From assembly GCA_963765675.1 (NCBI GenBank), contig CAVXXK010000001.1:1728001-1792000 (forward strand): a stretch of 64,000 bases of DNA. Reading direction: 5' to 3'. How positions within the stretch are numbered: the first letter of the stretch is position 1; each line of letters opens with the position of its first letter. The stretch comes from an uncultured delta proteobacterium. GTDB taxonomy: Bacteria; Desulfobacterota; Binatia; Binatales; Binataceae. The translations under genes and the position numbers were made by a program. Of the stretch, positions 61,523-64,000 are shown in pieces. The notes beneath the pieces are model-generated. The model was given only the letters and a program-made list of their open reading frames with translations. It searched no databases and was not told the DNA's origin.

Positions 61523-64000
61523 ATGCTGACCGATAGCGCTGTATCTACGATCGTCGCCGCGGAAGCCAAATTTTTTTCTCGTTCTGGTCAAAAATTCTTT
61601 TTCAAAGCGATGCGCCTGTCCGACGTCGGTGCGAGCTTGGACTTTACTCAAAAGCTCGCACTACGCCGGCGCCTCGAGGAACTGAAGCTCGCGCATACCA
61701 CCGGCCTGGTCGTGACCGAAGCACAGTCGCAGCCTGTTCTGGATATCGCGGCGCAGGCGGGAATCCCCGCGATGCTCGAGCTCAAGCTTGCGCAGGCCGA
61801 CCTGTTCGACGCGCGTAGATGGAGCGCGGCGCTTTCGCGGGTTGCGCATACCGCCGCGATTTATCGCGGGCATCGCGCGCTCTGCGCCTACATTGTCGAT
61901 TGTCCGATCTCGCAGGACGAATTGCGCGCCGCCGGCTTGATGAAAGTTCGCGGCCGGATGCGTGAGTTGCTCCGAGCGATCAAACGCCGCGACGGGAACG
62001 TGATGGTCGCGCTGAAGCATCGCCCCGCGACCCGCGCGCTCACCCTGCTAGAAGAGGATTTTTTGTACGCCGAGCTGCCCGTGCTCGAACCGGGCGAACT
62101 GCGCGATTTTATCACCAGCCTGCACAATATCGCCGAAGCGCGTCCGGTCGTCGTCGAGTTTCGGGAAGCGTCGGCGGACCAGGACGAAGCGGTTGCGACG
62201 GCGTTCGGAACCGGCGCGGCAGGAGTTGTGGCGCCGCCGATCCCGGCGTCGAGATCTCGTGACTGGCTCGGAATCAGGATGCTGCGCGCGGCCGACCTGA
62301 TGCCGTTCGTGTCGCTCAACGGTTCCTGTCCGCCAGACTCGGCGCGCACTCCGATGGTCTCGGTCGTGATTTGCGCGTACAACGCCGAGCGCACGATGCG
62401 CCAGTGCCTGGAATCGCTTACCCGGCTCGCCTACCCGAATTACGAAGTGGTGATCGTCGATGACGGCTCGAGCGATCAGACCGCTCAAATCTCGAAAGAT
62501 TTTCCGCAGTTCCGATTGATCCGCCAGGCCAACAAGGGACTTGGAATCGCACGCAACGTTGGCGCGCACGCAGCGCGCGGCGAGATTATCGCTTATACCG
62601 ATTCCGATTGCGTGGCCGATCCGCACTGGCTCACCTTGATGGTGCGCGCGATGCAGGAAGGTGGCTTCGACGGATGCGGCGGCCCCAACTACGCCCCGCA
62701 CGAAGACGGCCGCGTCGAGGCCTGTGTCGCCGCGTCGCCCGGCGCGCCCTGCCATGTGCTGGTAGGAGACAACACGGCGGAGCATCTGGCGGGATGCAAC
62801 ATGATCTTCACCCGCACTGCGCTCGATCAGGTCGGTGGGTTCGATCCGCGGTTCACCTCGGCCGGCGACGACGTTGACGTCTGCTGGCGGATGCTCGATC
62901 GCGGACTGCGGCTCGGCTACAGCGCCGCGGCGTTCGTGTGGCATTTCCGGCGCAACACTGTTTCCGCGTATTACGGCCAACAGCGCGGCTACGGGCGCGC
63001 GGAGGCGATGCTGTACCAATCTTATCCCGAACGCTTCAACGCGCTCGGCCAGATAAAGTGGACGGGCACGATTCCCGGCTTTATCCGCACGCTGCCCGGC
63101 GGCGACGAACCGCGAGTTTTCTGGGGTGCCCGCAAGACCGGCCATCAGACGATCTTCGATCCGGCGCTGAAGATTCTCGCCTTCATGCCGCAGACTTTCG
63201 AATGGACGATTCTCTGGACCATCGCGTTGGCCGCATCGATCCTGCTCGGTATTACTGCGTGGCCCGCGTTCGCGATGCTCGCGCTCGGTCCCGTGTGGGC
63301 GCTTTACTACGCGTGGCACGCACCCTTGGAGAAAGCGCATCGGAGCTTCACCTCGCGGATGCTGATCGCGATGCTCGCGTACACTGGTCCGATGTGCCGC
63401 ACGCTGACACGCTATCGCATGAGGCTCAAGATGCTCGGCCGCAAAACCTCCGAAATTGCGCCGCGCCAATTGCCGCAAGTGAATCTCTCGCGCCGCGAAC
63501 TCAGGCTCGCTTACTGGAACGAGCAGTACGTCACCCGCGACGTGTTGCTCGATCGCATGATGAAGCTGTTCGCGCGCGACGGGCATCCTGCACTGGTCGA
63601 TCGCGGATGGAATGACTACGATCTCGAACTGCGCCCGGACCCGTGGACTCGCGTCGAACTCAAGACCGCCGACGAAGAACACGAAGGCATGAAGCTCAAG
63701 AATCACATCGTCGCGCGGGCCAGGCTGAGCCGCAAAAGTCGTATCGGTCTTGCCGCGGGCCTTATCGGAGCAGGTGCGGCCGCGTTCGCGGTCCTGCCCG
63801 GTTTCTCACTTGCGATCCTGGCGTTGACGTTGGCGACAGGCGCGTGCGCCGCACTCGCGCTCGTCAGGGCGGGGCGCTACGCGTATCGGGCGATTGAGGA
63901 AGCGGCCGCCGAGATCAATCTCATTCCGCTGGGCACGCCGACGCGCGCCGCTCGCCTTGCGGAGCGGGCCGCGTCGCAATCGCCGCCGGCCGCACAGCGC
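61523..64000 (+). CDS. GT2 glycosyltransferase fused to a degenerate GH2-like TIM barrel, C-terminal membrane region (runs off right edge)
   Basis: manual translation MLTDSAVSTIVAAEAKFF...; VSVVICAYNA, VVIVDDGS, YTDSD, GCNM, GDDVDVCWR, QQRGYG; absent from ORF track because no stop in window. Confidence 0.88.
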   Translation, partial: MLTDSAVSTIVAAEAKFFSRSGQKFFFKAMRLSDVGASLDFTQKLALRRRLEELKLAHTTGLVVTEAQSQPVLDIAAQAGIPAMLELKLAQADLFDARRWSAALSRVAHTAAIYRGHRALCAYIVDCPISQDELRAAGLMKVRGRMRELLRAIKRRDGNVMVALKHRPATRALTLLEEDFLYAELPVLEPGELRDFITSLHNIAEARPVVVEFREASADQDEAVATAFGTGAAGVVAPPIPASRSRDWLGIRMLRAADLMPFVSLNGSCPPDSARTPMVSVVICAYNAERTMRQCLESLTRLAYPNYEVVIVDDGSSDQTAQISKDFPQFRLIRQANKGLGIARNVGAHAARGEIIAYTDSDCVADPHWLTLMVRAMQEGGFDGCGGPNYAPHEDGRVEACVAASPGAPCHVLVGDNTAEHLAGCNMIFTRTALDQVGGFDPRFTSAGDDVDVCWRMLDRGLRLGYSAAAFVWHFRRNTVSAYYGQQRGYGRAEAMLYQSYPERFNALGQIKWTGTIPGFIRTLPGGDEPRVFWGARKTGHQTIFDPALKILAFMPQTFEWTILWTIALAASILLGITAWPAFAMLALGPVWALYYAWHAPLEKAHRSFTSRMLIAMLAYTGPMCRTLTRYRMRLKMLGRKTSEIAPRQLPQVNLSRRELRLAYWNEQYVTRDVLLDRMMKLFARDGHPALVDRGWNDYDLELRPDPWTRVELKTADEEHEGMKLKNHIVARARLSRKSRIGLAAGLIGAGAAAFAVLPGFSLAILALTLATGACAALALVRAGRYAYRAIEEAAAEINLIPLGTPTRAARLAERAASQSPPAAQR

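Noticed and set aside
62048-63706. 552-aa minus-strand ORF
   Set aside because: Antisense shadow of the GT2 gene, typical of high-GC DNA; no motifs.

Overview
A GC-rich bacterial chromosomal segment. Gene content and style suggest a Deltaproteobacteria-like/Candidatus Binatota-type soil bacterium, but that is inference only. The backbone is housekeeping: ileS-lspA, aroC-aroK-aroB, priA, def-fmt-rsmB, rpe, tRNA-Pro(CGG), plsY, glnB, ppdK, glyQS, thiL, lexA and tatA. Several conserved genes are broken by apparent single-base insertions, most likely long-read sequencing errors. Accessory features of note: (1) the 5' part of a hen1 RNA-repair methyltransferase at the left edge, missed by the ORF track; (2) an MgtC/DUF4010 membrane-protein cassette between two diverged copies of the rsmB 3' end, preceded by an uORF ending in RPPP whose codons can pair with the downstream SD; (3) an ECF sigma/anti-sigma/periplasmic-protein module with three copies of a CGCAAC-N16-CGTCT promoter motif, one 20 kb away; (4) a translationally coupled luxE-like/luxC-like/class-III aminotransferase operon with no luciferase, a candidate acid-to-aldehyde-to-amine pathway; (5) a sigma54 two-component system divergent from a pseudo-glycosidase/GT2 fusion gene with a sigma54 promoter; (6) a candidate LexA operator; (7) mosaics of several REP-like palindromic repeat families. 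No CRISPR array, rRNA, integrase or transposase was seen.
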